Of a DNA stretch of 64,000 bases, positions 23,892-35,961 are shown piece by piece; positions within the stretch are counted from its first letter, which is position 1; every line of letters begins with the position of its first letter. Origin of the DNA: Phyllosticta citribraziliensis (taxonomy: Eukaryota). The stretch is taken from the NCBI RefSeq assembly GCF_038025025.1, contig NW_027117343.1, positions 496,001-560,000 of the forward strand, in the 5' to 3' direction. Position numbers and translations under genes: made by a program. The notes beneath the pieces are model-generated. The model made no database searches, was not told where the DNA came from, and saw nothing but the letters and a program-made list of their open reading frames with translations.

Positions 23892-26463
23892 TGTCACTTT
23901 CAACCCGGGTGGTTGATTGGAGCACACGCCAGCTGCAAAATGACACGCAAAAGTTTGTTGCCAATGACGTCTGGAGAGACCCGACTTCACAATGGGGGTA
24001 TTCTTGGATGCCGGCGGGGGAATGAAGGTGGTTGAAATCCAGCCGATTAAGGAAAGCTAGCTGAGAAGAAATGGCCCGAGAGATCGTAAATGGTCGTCAA
24101 TTCATGAGAGCATAACGGCAAGCCCGTCGTGGGCTTGATCTTGGAAGAGTGGTCGAGGAGGAGGGGTGGTGGGCGCGAGGTGGTACGGCTTTCTTTATTT
24201 GCGGCAGGACTCCAGCTGCCTCGACTGCCTGCGCCTGCCACTTCCAGAAGCAGCGGAAAAATACCGGCCCGCCCTCTCCCATCCATCCATCCACCCACCG
24301 GCACCTGGACTCACTCTCCACCACCCTCTCCACCCACTTGTTGCAACGACTTCTCATTTCAACATCATTCAATTCTCGGATCGGAGCTGGCTGTTATCCG
24401 CTACGTCGCCCGCCCCAGTCGCTCCCGCAAAATTCTCCGTCGTCCGTCAATCGGCGGCTTCCCCATGATCGGATCGAAAACATCCGTCATCCTCCTCTTC
24501 AAGTCTCTCACGGCAGACCTGGCCGTCAAATCGGAATGGCTTTACATTTTCAATCGGAAGCCTGACTACGCCTTTTCGGCCCTCAATAAAGCTACTTGTC
24601 GTACCACTCCGGAAGTATCCCCGCCAACTCTGCGATTGGATGACCTTTGGGCTCCAATTCTTCTGACGTATTCGGTACAAAATCCAGCGTCGAATGGCGA
24701 CAAGTCTTTTGTAAAGGTTCTTCGGCCTCTCAGTCGACCGAATGCTTGAAACCCAAAAGACCCCAGCTGCCGATCAACCTTATCCCAAGCTAGAAGCCGA
24801 GAGACATTCAGAGACGTGACGGCTAACTTTGAAGGAACCTTCCCCACTGTTTGAAAACATCCAGTCGTCTCTGTCATCGGTCCTTGTATCAGGCGCTGTA
24901 CTCCGGGACGATGACCACGGAAAGAAACGGTCATCAATCCACCATTCGCTTCCTCGCCAATTTGACAAATGCTGCGAAAGTGTGCGCCGTCTTGCCAACC
25001 TCCGCCGCAGATGGAATCGTCTTCGGGACGATTTACACCGGATGAAGATGAAGACAAGCACTGTTCAATAATTCCAGACTTCCAGACTTCTCCGCAAAGC
25101 CCAACAGCTGCATCAGGTTAGACAATGTCTCATTGCCATGTCCGCTGAATCTTCGCTCTGGACGGCCAGAGGTTGCTCGACCGCAGCAGCACAATTTCGA
25201 CCTCTGTTTAAAGACTCGACTGCTCTCCCACATCGAGCTCCAAGAGTCGTTTTTTGGGCCGAAGCACTCAGTTTGACAGTGGTACTAGTCGTAGCAGAAA
25301 ATGACAGCCCTCGATCTTCCCAATTCCGCCCACAACTTACCGTCACAAAGACGAGGATTTGTGACAACACTTTACCGCGACCAATTAATCCAATCCAGAA
25401 AGCTCAAATACTTCAGGATCGGTGAAGACATGGATTGATCTTTGCGCTTGACGTCAGATTAAGAAGCCACAGGCGTTCGGCGAACGGTTTGCAGTCTCGG
25501 ATTGGCTGTTAGCTTAAACTGACAAATGCCGTTTAGCCCATGAGTTTTGAGAAACACAACCAATCGAATCTTTCTCTCTGCATGCAACTCGCAGTACCTG
25601 AATCAGATACATTCGACGTTGAACATCGCTGTCGTTACCAGCAACATTATTATGTGCTGGCGAATGGGATAATTGTATCCCCAGCTCAAGCAACAACTCA
25701 CCGTCTCTTCCATCCATCGGCAGCAAGACCCAGCAAAGACGACTACAATTTGTCTCACCAACATTGCAAATCCTGCGAATTCGGCCTTTGTTCCCTGATA
25801 TCCTGGTCCCTGCCAAGCTGCGCGGCACTCGATCCCATCATCCGACGGACCATCAGGGACCCTCCCAGCAATGAATCGCAGAGGCGAAACACTCTTATCT
25901 CAGCATGCAGTATTAGGCTCGAAGCCGCTGCGTCAGTGACTTGCAGCCAGCCAACGAGAGACTCTGTGTTCCTGAACGCTCGTTATGGGTCCCTCGACTT
26001 CGGCACTCCATCCGCAATTTCCAGCGCACTTTCTCGACCGGGCGTGAGGTTGCCACGACCATCACCCCGCCATTCTAGGCGCGTGGCGTCGTAATTCCGG
26101 AGCGCTCTAGGCATGGGAGTATAAGAAGGTAGTGTGCAAATGGCGCACTCCATCGTCAAGGCTCCCTGCCCTTTCTTACTGCTCTACTTCTTTGCGCGTC
26201 GCATCTGGTCTCTGCGTTGTGCCCCTATCCTTCGACGTTGGATTTCAATCCGTTCACTCATTACATGGAGATCATTCTCTCGACAGTCTCTCGTTGATCA
26301 AATTAGCTGAAGCAAGCCTTCGCGCCTGGTGCATTCAAAAGGAACAAAATCATTCTCTTCGTCCTTGGACACAGGAACTACTATCGCGGCCTCGCGACGA
26401 AAACCAGCTTGACGCTCTGAACACCAACGACAAACCAAATACCCTCAGCCGGTTCTTTTCAAG

Positions 26464-27045
26464 ATGAAGTTCGGCACATCTCTCGCCTCGCTCTTCCTCG
26501 TCCTCCTGGCAAGCGGCCCCGCTCCCACTGCCGCGACGCGGACCAAGATCATCAATATGTGCAAGTTCGACATTTACGCCAAAACAACCATGGGTGGCGG
26601 GTACGACAGTGGTGGCAAACACAAAATCAAAGCCAATGGCGGTACCTACGACGCGCCCATCTCACCAAAGAAAAACAGCCCCGACGGCGGCCTTTGCATC
26701 AAGCTCCAACACGACGAAGAAGGCTCATTCGATTCGGACATTTACCAGATCGAGGTCAGTGAGACTGACGGTCCAATGGGCATGAACTCTGGCGATGGCG
26801 AGGGAGGTCATCTTTGGTACGATATGAGTACGGTCAACGGCAAGCCGTGGCGCGAAAGGTGGAGGCGCCTGGAGCTCGAGGGGCCACGGGGCTGTCCTGT
26901 CTTGGAGTGCGCTCCTCACCACGAGGACTGCGAGTGGCCGACGCCAGAGAGCACGGGGAAGATGGGCGACTGCAAGGGTGGCGAGGAGGTGACGGTGCTT
27001 TTCACCCTGTGCAGAGGCAATGGCCTGATCGGTATCAACCGCTGA
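26464..27045 (+). CDS. Secreted Bys1/thaumatin-like protein
   Basis: Signal peptide MKFGTSLASLFLVLLASG; IINMCKFDIY, GGLCIKL, IYQIEVS, LWYDMSTVNGKP; Cys-rich C-terminus ending FTLC. Confidence 0.75.
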   Translation: MKFGTSLASLFLVLLASGPAPTAATRTKIINMCKFDIYAKTTMGGGYDSGGKHKIKANGGTYDAPISPKKNSPDGGLCIKLQHDEEGSFDSDIYQIEVSETDGPMGMNSGDGEGGHLWYDMSTVNGKPWRERWRRLELEGPRGCPVLECAPHHEDCEWPTPESTGKMGDCKGGEEVTVLFTLCRGNGLIGINR

Positions 27046-28741
27046 GTTCACGTCTATCTCTTTGGCGCGATGTTTGGCGAAAAAGGAAATGGTCGAGGTA
27101 CGAAAGATACGAGGTACGATTTGGCTTCTTTGTCCTTCCTTTCTTGGTCCTTCACTTCGTTGTATTTGTTTGACGGGTGGCTTGTTGATCGAACTACGGC
27201 GGCGATTATGGATATGATGTATGCACACTTCACCAAATATGCAAACTATCAAGATATGGAACATTTGACCGCTGCTGCGCTCGACGGCCGCGGCGACAGG
27301 GGCTTCGGCAGCCCTTCATCGTCGTTCGACTTTACCACCGACCCTACACTCATCGACGCGTCTTCGCGCCATTCCGACAAACCTAGCCTCTTCAGCATCC
27401 CCAAAGGTCGCGTTCAAATCTCACAAAATCAGAAGTCTGTCACACGCGGCGCGCAAGGACCACGCAAATGACCTGCGTTGCGTATGTGCATGCTAAGCTC
27501 ATCCCGTGGCGCAGTTAGGCTTGTCAGATGATAGAGTTGTCGTCTCTCCCGGGAAGGAAAGCTGCGTAAACTCAACGCCCCACGCCGCGCATACTTTGAT
27601 GTTAATCTCGCCGCGCGGATTGGGTCGGGTTGGTGGTGTGGAGGCGCTGGAATCTTGATAAGGCATAAGTGATGGGGTCTTGTTTGGTGGCGCAGGGGAG
27701 GCGATCAGTGGCGGTTCGTGCCGTTTGGCGGATTTGCCTGGCAGCTTCTTTGATCTGTGATGGCGCTGGTTGTCATTGCGCTCTTATAGTGGAGGACATC
27801 GTTCTCACGTCCTGAGCGAAGCACTCGCTCTATTTTTCCCTCAACCAGAAACACAGCGCACCCGCAAAGTGCAAATATATGGATCCAGAAGGACAGCGCA
27901 AGACAAACACAGTTTATTGTTCTTTGTGCGTCGAGGAAAACTGTGTGCGCTCAGCCTCCTGTTGAGGCGGATTCCCAAGACGCGGCGCAGGCCGCTTTTA
28001 TAGGCAAATGGCACAGGCAGAAGCGCAGGAGTCCGATGCCGGTGACATTGGAGGTGGTGCACATGTCAAATGACACCGCCGCAACCGGAGAGAAAAAGCA
28101 TTGACGGGCATGTGGAGGGTCAGCGGGTATCATTGTGTGCAGATGCGTGCGCATGGCTGCTGCCTACGGTTTCGGACTCCGTGGTATATAAAGCAGCGCA
28201 TTTCCCTCCTTACTCCTCCACATCAAGCGGCGCAATCCTTCATTTGGGAAGGGGAATCTGGCAAACGCACACTGTGGTGGAGCAAATGGACGCATAATGT
28301 ACTTTGCGCTCCGTCTTTGCGTATGCTATTCATTTCTCGCTGGTAAGAATAGGCTTGCAGAGCGCAGAAGCAGTCACTTGCACACTATGCTAAGCACCAC
28401 TATTAACCCATAATGCTGTTGGGCATAGCCATAGGAGGAGTGAGAGAAAGGTAACTCTTTGCCTAAGGAAACCAAAAGACAAATCAAAGCAGTCTTGATG
28501 ACCTCGCGAAATTGGGCAAGTCGCACCATTGGTATTTTGCGTTTTTGGAGTACTAGCAAGGTGTTTCTTTGGAAGATGTGCAGAGGAGATGGCGCGATTT
28601 ATACCTCCTCAAGCGGTTGATCTGTTGGGAGTCATATGACGTGCGCAGCTCTAGGCTGCCTCGCGTGCTTCCTGTCTTGGTCGAGATCAAATGCACAGGT
28701 GCGCTGTGCAAAAGCCTTGCGCGCAGAGACACGAGTCCGGG

Positions 28742-28883
28742 TGCTCCCTAAACTTCAGTACGCAGAGGGAGGAATGGTCCATGAGCTTTGACATATAGAG
28801 GAATGGATGCTCCCTAAGCTTTAGCACACAGAGGGATGAATGCTCCCCAAATTTTGGTATGCAGAGGATGAATGCTCCCTGAA
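28742..28883. repeat. 33-bp minisatellite, about 4.3 copies (consensus about TGCTCCCTAAGCTTTAGYAYGCAGAGGGATGAA)
   Basis: Units start at 28742, 28775, 28808, 28841 and 28873. Confidence 0.8.
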
Positions 28884-29171
28884 CATCCTTGATTTATCAC
28901 ATCGTCAGCCAGCGGCTTCCGTCACCTGTCAAAGTATGCTGGCGGATAAAAACTTCTTGGAGTAAGAAATCTCAAGAAGGCGTCATGATGCTTTTCACGG
29001 TAGCACTGAACAAACTCGGGCGAGCACGAGAAGAAAAAACAGGGGGTCTTACAATCTGGACAGTCTAATTGACAGAAAACAGAGCCGTCATTGCCTTCGA
29101 TGTCAACACGCATCCCTCTTTGATGTACCTGGGTTCGGAAAATTGTTCGTTGTTTGTCACTCTTAGTCTTT

Positions 29172-30425
29172 TCATCGCTCCGCCCCTTTTCCCTTGCCCT
29201 TACTTTCTGCGAACCCCAACCGACCCAGAGCAAGCGCCAGCTCCCTAGTCTGTGGATCATCCTGGCGACGAGCAAAACGCGGCGGCCTCCACTTCCTCTG
29301 CGCCGGTGATGGCGTCAAGGTCTCCACTATCGTCTCCACCGGCGGAACAGTTGCCATTGCCTTCATCTGCGCCAGCGACAGGGAAGCAAAAGGCGACGGC
29401 GGGGGCGCCACGGGTGATTCTGTCCGCATACGCGAGCTGCGGGCACTGCTTTGCCTTTTCTTTGCCGCTGGCGATGGAGTTGGGCTTCTGACTTCGAAGT
29501 TGCCGCTCTTGGAAACGACGGGCCAGTTCCAGCTGTGAAGTCGGGACACTTCGAGGTCAGACTCGTCGCCTGAATCTGTGTCTGAGTCGTTGGATGAGGA
29601 CATGTTGTCAACGTGGAGCCGGTCGTCGGTCGTCGCTGTGGCGCTTGGTTGTGTAGGCTTGGTGGATGCCGAGGGCCCTGCTTGAGGAGGAGGCGTTGGC
29701 GGTGGCGATGGGAGGACGCTTTCGGTGGTTTGGCTGTCACTCTGGCCATGATGACTATTGACAGGCTTTTGCTCGACGTCGCTTCGTGCTTCTTCTTCAT
29801 CCGCCACATCTTCCACAGAAGGGGCAGGAGGTTTCGAGAAACCCTCCCGTGCCGCTGAGAATGGACCAGTTTGACATGATTTCGATGTGTTCTTGTTTCC
29901 TGATAGACAAGCTATCGCTCTCTCGGTTTTCGGCTTGCGAAGTCTTCGTGGAATCGCTATCGGGCGGCGGGAGTGGTTGTGTTCGATTCCGTGTGTTGGA
30001 GTTGTGGGTTGGGACTCAGCCGCTGGATCCGGCCGATTCTCCTGAAACACCTTCTCGAAGTGTCCTTCCGGCTTGCGCACCCCAACCCAGGCGAATCCGC
30101 GAGGCGTGGATGCTGATCCACTCGAGAAGATATCGACACATTCTTCCGCAGTCTCCTCCGGGTACTCGAAGCCGTACCCTTTTTTCAGATCGCTTGGATC
30201 TTGTATTTCAGTCGCAGCGATGGATACACTCGTTTTTCTGTCTTGCTCGTTGCCGCTTCGTGTCGGCTTTTGCTGAGGTTCGGGGGTGAACGTAAAGTGG
30301 AGCCGAGAGGGCGGCGTTGGGAGTTGGGTAGACTTCATCCGGAAAGGACTTGGGTCTCCGAAGCCTCCGAATACCCTGAAAGACTCCTGCTTTGATTGGC
30401 CAGCTTTGTGGTTTGGAGGATACAT
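29172..30425 (-). CDS. Hypothetical Pro/Ser-rich, probably disordered protein (start uncertain)
   Basis: Uninterrupted ORF of more than 400 codons with low-complexity composition. Confidence 0.55.
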   Translation of the reverse strand: MYPPNHKAGQSKQESFRVFGGFGDPSPFRMKSTQLPTPPSRLHFTFTPEPQQKPTRSGNEQDRKTSVSIAATEIQDPSDLKKGYGFEYPEETAEECVDIFSSGSASTPRGFAWVGVRKPEGHFEKVFQENRPDPAAESQPTTPTHGIEHNHSRRPIAIPRRLRKPKTERAIACLSGNKNTSKSCQTGPFSAAREGFSKPPAPSVEDVADEEEARSDVEQKPVNSHHGQSDSQTTESVLPSPPPTPPPQAGPSASTKPTQPSATATTDDRLHVDNMSSSNDSDTDSGDESDLEVSRLHSWNWPVVSKSGNFEVRSPTPSPAAKKRQSSARSSRMRTESPVAPPPSPFASLSLAQMKAMATVPPVETIVETLTPSPAQRKWRPPRFARRQDDPQTRELALALGRLGFAESKGKGKGAER

Positions 30426-30945
30426 ACTGAGGACAACGCGGAGAGCAAGGAGGGTCTGGTGTGCTGAGTGTGAGAACAAAGAGAGCGAAGGGAAAAAAGT
30501 CTCGTGGATTCCGTGAGAATGGTGAGGATTGGGGCACACAATATATTACGACACGATGGTTTCATTTCCAAGGGTCAAACGGTGCTAGTGGTGCTGCCGG
30601 ATCCCGAACCACGGGTACCAACACTTCCTGACCGTGGCTGGGATGTCTCACAGTCTCGATACAGAGACCTCTGTTGGACCACGGCGGACAAACTTGACTT
30701 CCTACGCCCGAACTCCATTAGAATCACATTGAAAATCGTCGACTGCGAAGCTTCATCTTTCGACACGCTCATCCAGTCCTTCCCACCGGACCAGTCGTCA
30801 CTTTTCTCGATCCGCAATGCCTCATCGGTTGCTCGCGGCCAGGAACTAGTCATCTTAGTCAGCCCCGTGTTGGATAGCGGTTGATGGCAGGTTACTTGCG
30901 TCTCCGCCCTCTTTAATGGCCCTTCTCGCGCCTACTTCCCAGCGT

Positions 30946-31325
30946 CTAAACTGGGCGAGGGCATGATCTTCGCGGCAAAGGCCTTCTCGGCGTAATTGCT
31001 TCCAGAAAGTTGGACGGGACCCAGCCCCTTGCCCTGTCCTCTACGCACTCAACCAGCCACCAGCCTGTCAGATTTCAAAGATTAGACATCCGTATCATCT
31101 GGACGGACGTTGCCAAACAAGATTTGTTGTTTTCCGGAGAATGGTCATCAGCTTACCCATTCTTGTGGTTTGTAACTGCACGACCATCTCACCCCTGTTT
31201 AGGTTGAGCTCGTCAACTTCCTCCGCCTCGTAATCGTACAACACTTGGTATCTCAGCAGTGGTCGCAGATCACGGCGCGCTGGACGAGGGGGTTGGCGAC
31301 GCGCGCTGGAGGAACATGACGACAT
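30946..31325 (-). CDS. Small stand-alone SH3-domain protein (about 95 aa); intron 31065-31156
   Basis: Spliced product YQVLYDYEAEEVDELNLNRGEMV...TTRM|GWWLVECVEDRARGWVPSNFLEA shows the SH3 hallmarks LYDY, EL, WW and GxVPxNF. Confidence 0.72.
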
Positions 31326-32726
31326 TTTAGAGTGTCCAGATGGACTATGAACCGATCTTTGACTAGTCGAATGTGCTGAAGGTCAACGATGAAGACAATT
31401 ACAAGGAAAAGCCGAGGAGCACTCTATCTACCCAAATGCTTTATATCTGTTCAACGCATAGGGGAGTCGGGGTCATCCGGCGATTGGGAGCAAAAGAGGG
31501 GCCAGAAGTGAGTACATTACCAGACAGCCATTCGGTCCTCTGAAACGTAATATCGGGACTCCGACGGGACGCCATCATTGGTGTCTTTCGGCAGAACGCC
31601 AATGATTCCCGCGGGTATCGGCGGCGAACAAGAAGCGGAAACAGCGTATGTTGTTTGCCGTCATGTTGATCGACCACTGGAGAGCTGGAGAGCTGGGAGA
31701 AATCTAGGCACCACAGGTGGCGCCGACAACTTTGTATCGCCGCCGCGGCGTACCCCGAGTGACATTTTTTTGGCATCCACTGTGGAGTGGGCTTGGTGCT
31801 GCACCTTGGGACATCTCGAAAGTGCAAACGGCGCGCGGGGTTGACCGGCAAACGCGCGTTGTCGAGCATCATACGTGTTGCTCTCCTTGTGTAACCAATA
31901 TATCCAGTTCGCATTCATTGAAGTTTCATCTTTCCCTTGAGTTTTAGCTCCATGACTGCGCTTGGGTAAGTCAGATGCACGCAGAGTGCATGCTGTAGAG
32001 CTTTCTGAAGTGACAGCGGAATAGTCTGCTGGCCAACATTTTTGGGGTGGAAAAGGAGAGGAGTTTGTGGCTGACGGCAGAAGTGAGAAATGTGTTGATT
32101 ATCCCGAATTATTTCAGGGTGGGCGGCTAGGGATCACGTAACCGACAATAGACCCGGGTCAATATACATCGCGAAGCGCGGAGCAAATGGGCAGCCAGGA
32201 CCTTGAACTTCAATGGTTTGATTGTCTCAGTAACCGCTGCGAGTGCCCACTGAAAGGACAAGGTACCGGCTAGCAGGCTTCTTGTTAGCATCTCGTGGCA
32301 GAAAGCTCTCCGAGCCAAGTTTCAAACATCTTCAGCCTGGTTTCGCCAATTCATGTTCGCTTGCTCTCCGAATGGGAAAGAACAGCAATGTGGCTTTGAG
32401 AGGCGGGCGTGTAAAGGCTTCGAACACTGCATAGAGCAGCCTGGGGCGAAACAGCGAGCCAAACATGGAGCGTTCAGCCTCCATCACATCTGTTCTCCCC
32501 GCATCCTGGACTCAACCCTCAATCCAGCGTCATCCGACCCTCAATTGGTATCGCACACGGAGGACGGGTTGTGAAGAGCATTGATGTCCGGATGAAGATT
32601 CAGTGCAGATTCCTTCTAGTGTTGGCCCGCGGCAATCTGGTATCCCAAGGCCGATTCGTCTAGACTGTACAAGATCCGATGCGCAATCGCGAATCACCCG
32701 CCATTCGACCGCTGGAAACCACTTGC

Positions 32727-33216
32727 TTAACCCCACCAGGTCTTCTTGCCCTGCATTGCCTGTCAATGTGTGGTCCTTTACGAGTCGGATGGCACCTACG
32801 AGAACGACGCGGCAAGACATGTACATGGCGGCGCCGAAGCTGCCCCAGAGCATAACGTAGTAAGGGTAGAGGAAGAACTTGCTGCGGGGAGTCTGTCATA
32901 TCAAGTCAGCCAAGTCCTGCGCAATCCATGCGCCATCCGAGTAGCCCGCTACAACTCGTTGAGGTTTTCGTCCGGACCACGGGATGGCAGGTAGGAATGA
33001 CGGACCTTGTTCCACTGCCTCAGACCATCGTGCTTCTGGAAGAGGCGCTGGTAATGGGGAACGTTGTTCTGGCGATAGACCCAGCTGGGAGACGTCAGCG
33101 GTTTGGGTCCATATTCAGGGCAAGTCGAAGCTCTGGGATGAAGGATTGGTAGCGCGGGACTGGCGCGCGGGCGCGAGATCCTGCCGGCATGGTGCGGTCG
33201 AAACGTACCCGACCAT
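32727..33216 (-). CDS. COX7: Cytochrome c oxidase subunit VII (Cox7/COX7a family), about 67 aa, 4 exons
   Basis: Spliced product MVG|WVYRQNNVPHYQRLFQKHDGLRQWNK|TPRSKFFLYPYYVMLWGSFGAAMYMSCRVVL|GKKTWWG*; canonical introns; one TM helix. Confidence 0.85.
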
Positions 33217-33540
33217 TTTGACGTTGATTGCGAGAGCGTAGGGGTGGAGTGGATGGGATTGGGGTCGGTTGCGCGGATGTAGAGGCAATGAGGTCGGTGG
33301 TACGATACCTACAAGGACAGGGCTGGATTTGCCAAGACCATTATGTCAGCGAAAAACGAGCAGCGAGGGCAGACCAATGACACGGCCCGAATTCGCATTG
33401 CCGGTGGTGAATTGTGTGGAGGAACGCCGCACGCGTCCCGCACTGGAGCAGTTCACCACCTGTCAACACCTTTGCGAATGCCCTGGCCTCACTTTTGGTG
33501 ATGACGGGGCTCGAGGCCTCACAATTGATCGCCCCAGGCA

Positions 33541-35961
33541 ATGCGCACGGCACTGGACAGGCTACTCGCCAGGCCATCGACGTTGCGACTGCTCCGCGTC
33601 ATCGCAGCAACTCATGAGCTTCCCCGGACAGCTCCACGCCGACATCTCTCCGTCTTCTCGCCGACGCAGAACAGATCGCACAATGGAGCCTACGAGAAGC
33701 AGAACATTGGGGATAACCCAGTGGCACAAAGAAAAGCATTGGAAGAGGACATCAAAAAGGACGTTCGAGAAAAGTTGCGCGCTGCACCGGCAAAAGAGGA
33801 TGCCGCGCAGTCCACGGCAGCATTCGCCGACAATGTGCAGATGGAAGCTTGGATTGAGGCAACACAACGCTTGCAAAGAATCCACGGAAGTTTTGCCGTA
33901 AAAGTGGCCTGGGAAGTCCTGCGAGAAGACCAAGTTGACCTTCCAACCAAAGGGCCTCAGGCGCACGCAGTATGGGGGCTACTCGTTGCCGAAGATGATC
34001 TCCTCGAGAGCTTGGTTTCATATGCTTTTGACGTCAAGCGCAGAACAGGCCAGGTCTACGAGAACCTTTACGAGAGCATCCTTGCACACCTTTTTGCAAA
34101 GCAGCTACCTCGTCCAATCTACGAATGGCATAGGAGATTGATTCACGACTTTCCTCCTGCTCCCGGTGGGCTCAAGATGATTGCATCCCACGTCCGTGGC
34201 TCTCAATTGTCTGGCAAAGCTTTTGGATGGATATATCGTCGCAATACCCAGCATGACGTCTACGACACCATCATACCCTCGTTGTATAAACAGGGAAAGC
34301 CTAGCATGGCTCGACAGCTACAAGTCTGTTTGTTGTCCCGTGGTGATGTTCCACGGGGTTCCCGCCGTGCAGAGAGAATCGAAGAAGTTGGAAAACTTCC
34401 CTCGCCCACGAGAGGTCGTTACAGAAGAAAGAGTGCGGAAAACCCAAATCCCTCGGATCCCTTCGACACAACCGCAGTCTATGTGCGACAGCTCGAGGCC
34501 TTGGGTATGAGGCCAAAAAAGGTGGACGATGAATTCTGCGCCCGGTTGTTTGCCACGACCGCATTGAATATAAACCTTGCGGTCGACTGCCTCTTGATGA
34601 TGGGTTGCGACGAGATGGGACCATTGAGCATGCGAGAAATGGCCTTTCGCTCTGGAGATTGCGAATCTGTCGTCAAAAATATTAGGAAAATCGCCGCTTC
34701 GGGCATGGCCATCAAGAGCACCACGTACAATCGGGCGATCATGAGGCTTGCCGCACAAAATAAAAAGGGACTGCTCCAAAGCTTGCTCGACACAGATCAA
34801 CATCCGGACAACTTTGACGACAGGCCACTGCAATACAAATTGCTTCACTCGTACATCCGAGCAAACAACTGGCCTGGGATCAAACGTACATTAGCCATCC
34901 TTACCATCTCCAACCCAGACGGCGACAACGAAGGCTGGAATATCCTCGTGCGTGTTAGAAGCAAGACCGAGTACACCTCATGGAACGCCCACATTGCAGG
35001 GCTCAGTCGTTTTCTGGAAGAAGCAGATTCAAAGGGCTTGAATATCACAAATAAGACCCTTGACACTCTCACAGAGCTTCTGAGAACGCGAAAGCTCGGT
35101 CGCGCTCCGCAGACAACTCCAGAGCCGGGCATACGTGACGACGTCTGGTTTAGCAACGTCTGCTGCTTGGCGCTCAGAACGGGTACCAACGTCAGTCCCC
35201 TTCGATGGCATGAACTCTTCCGCCGTTTCGGCATGACTGAGCGCTTCGACCACGTCTTCTACCTCGCGCTTTGGCTCACAGATTTCTACACGACAACTCA
35301 CAACCTGCCAGAGCACCTGTTGCGCGAGTTTAACCACTATTTCAACAAGGACGCCTTCTTCGCCAGCGCAATCGTCGCAAAAGAAGATGCGCTTCCGCTG
35401 CAGCCGACTGACGTGCTACCGTCACATGCCAAACATCCTCTCCGTAAAATTTTCAACGCGCTCACGCAGCGCGCTTTCATCGCCTGGTCCATCCGCCGCG
35501 ACTTCATCGTGCCCCACAAAAGCAGCAAGAATCGAGCTCACGACTGGACCCGCGGCCTCGTGTTGCTGCGGCTGTTGCGCCAGAGCGGCGTCTACGTATC
35601 AGAGATTGTCGTGCGCAAGGAGCTGCACCTGCAATTGCTGCGGCTGTATGGAAGGCTGTACGGGATCCACGACCCGCTGCTGCGTCGGCGATTCCGGCTG
35701 TACGCGCGCTCCAGGCGCAACAATCCATACACGTTGGCGGAGATGGTGCAGCAAGCCAACGAGGCGTTTTGCAGCGGCGCTGAGGGAGACACGGAGGAGC
35801 CGCTGCTTGACATTGACAAGGTGGCAGAGTACATTGTGGAGACGGGCAGGTCACGGCTGTGGAAGATCAAGCGGTGGAGAATCCGGCATCAGCCCGGGCT
35901 CAAGAAAAGGGTTCGAAAACCACAACCAAAGGGAGATTTGTGGACTCAGTTGAAGTTGTAG
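33541..35961 (+). CDS. Mitochondrial pentatricopeptide-repeat-like protein
   Basis: 806-aa intronless ORF with an Arg-rich presequence-like N-terminus, helical repeats (YDTIIPSLYKQGK, TTYNRAIMRLA) and motifs DDEFCARLFAT and DQHPD. Confidence 0.7.
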   Translation: MRTALDRLLARPSTLRLLRVIAATHELPRTAPRRHLSVFSPTQNRSHNGAYEKQNIGDNPVAQRKALEEDIKKDVREKLRAAPAKEDAAQSTAAFADNVQMEAWIEATQRLQRIHGSFAVKVAWEVLREDQVDLPTKGPQAHAVWGLLVAEDDLLESLVSYAFDVKRRTGQVYENLYESILAHLFAKQLPRPIYEWHRRLIHDFPPAPGGLKMIASHVRGSQLSGKAFGWIYRRNTQHDVYDTIIPSLYKQGKPSMARQLQVCLLSRGDVPRGSRRAERIEEVGKLPSPTRGRYRRKSAENPNPSDPFDTTAVYVRQLEALGMRPKKVDDEFCARLFATTALNINLAVDCLLMMGCDEMGPLSMREMAFRSGDCESVVKNIRKIAASGMAIKSTTYNRAIMRLAAQNKKGLLQSLLDTDQHPDNFDDRPLQYKLLHSYIRANNWPGIKRTLAILTISNPDGDNEGWNILVRVRSKTEYTSWNAHIAGLSRFLEEADSKGLNITNKTLDTLTELLRTRKLGRAPQTTPEPGIRDDVWFSNVCCLALRTGTNVSPLRWHELFRRFGMTERFDHVFYLALWLTDFYTTTHNLPEHLLREFNHYFNKDAFFASAIVAKEDALPLQPTDVLPSHAKHPLRKIFNALTQRAFIAWSIRRDFIVPHKSSKNRAHDWTRGLVLLRLLRQSGVYVSEIVVRKELHLQLLRLYGRLYGIHDPLLRRRFRLYARSRRNNPYTLAEMVQQANEAFCSGAEGDTEEPLLDIDKVAEYIVETGRSRLWKIKRWRIRHQPGLKKRVRKPQPKGDLWTQLKL

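Noticed and set aside
24100..26100. Multiple 80-200 aa ORFs upstream of STRAP
   Set aside because: No recognisable domains or consistent frame; no transposase or RT motifs.
28742..28883. CRISPR-like appearance of 33-bp repeats
   Set aside because: Units are contiguous with no spacers, there are no cas genes, and the context is eukaryotic.
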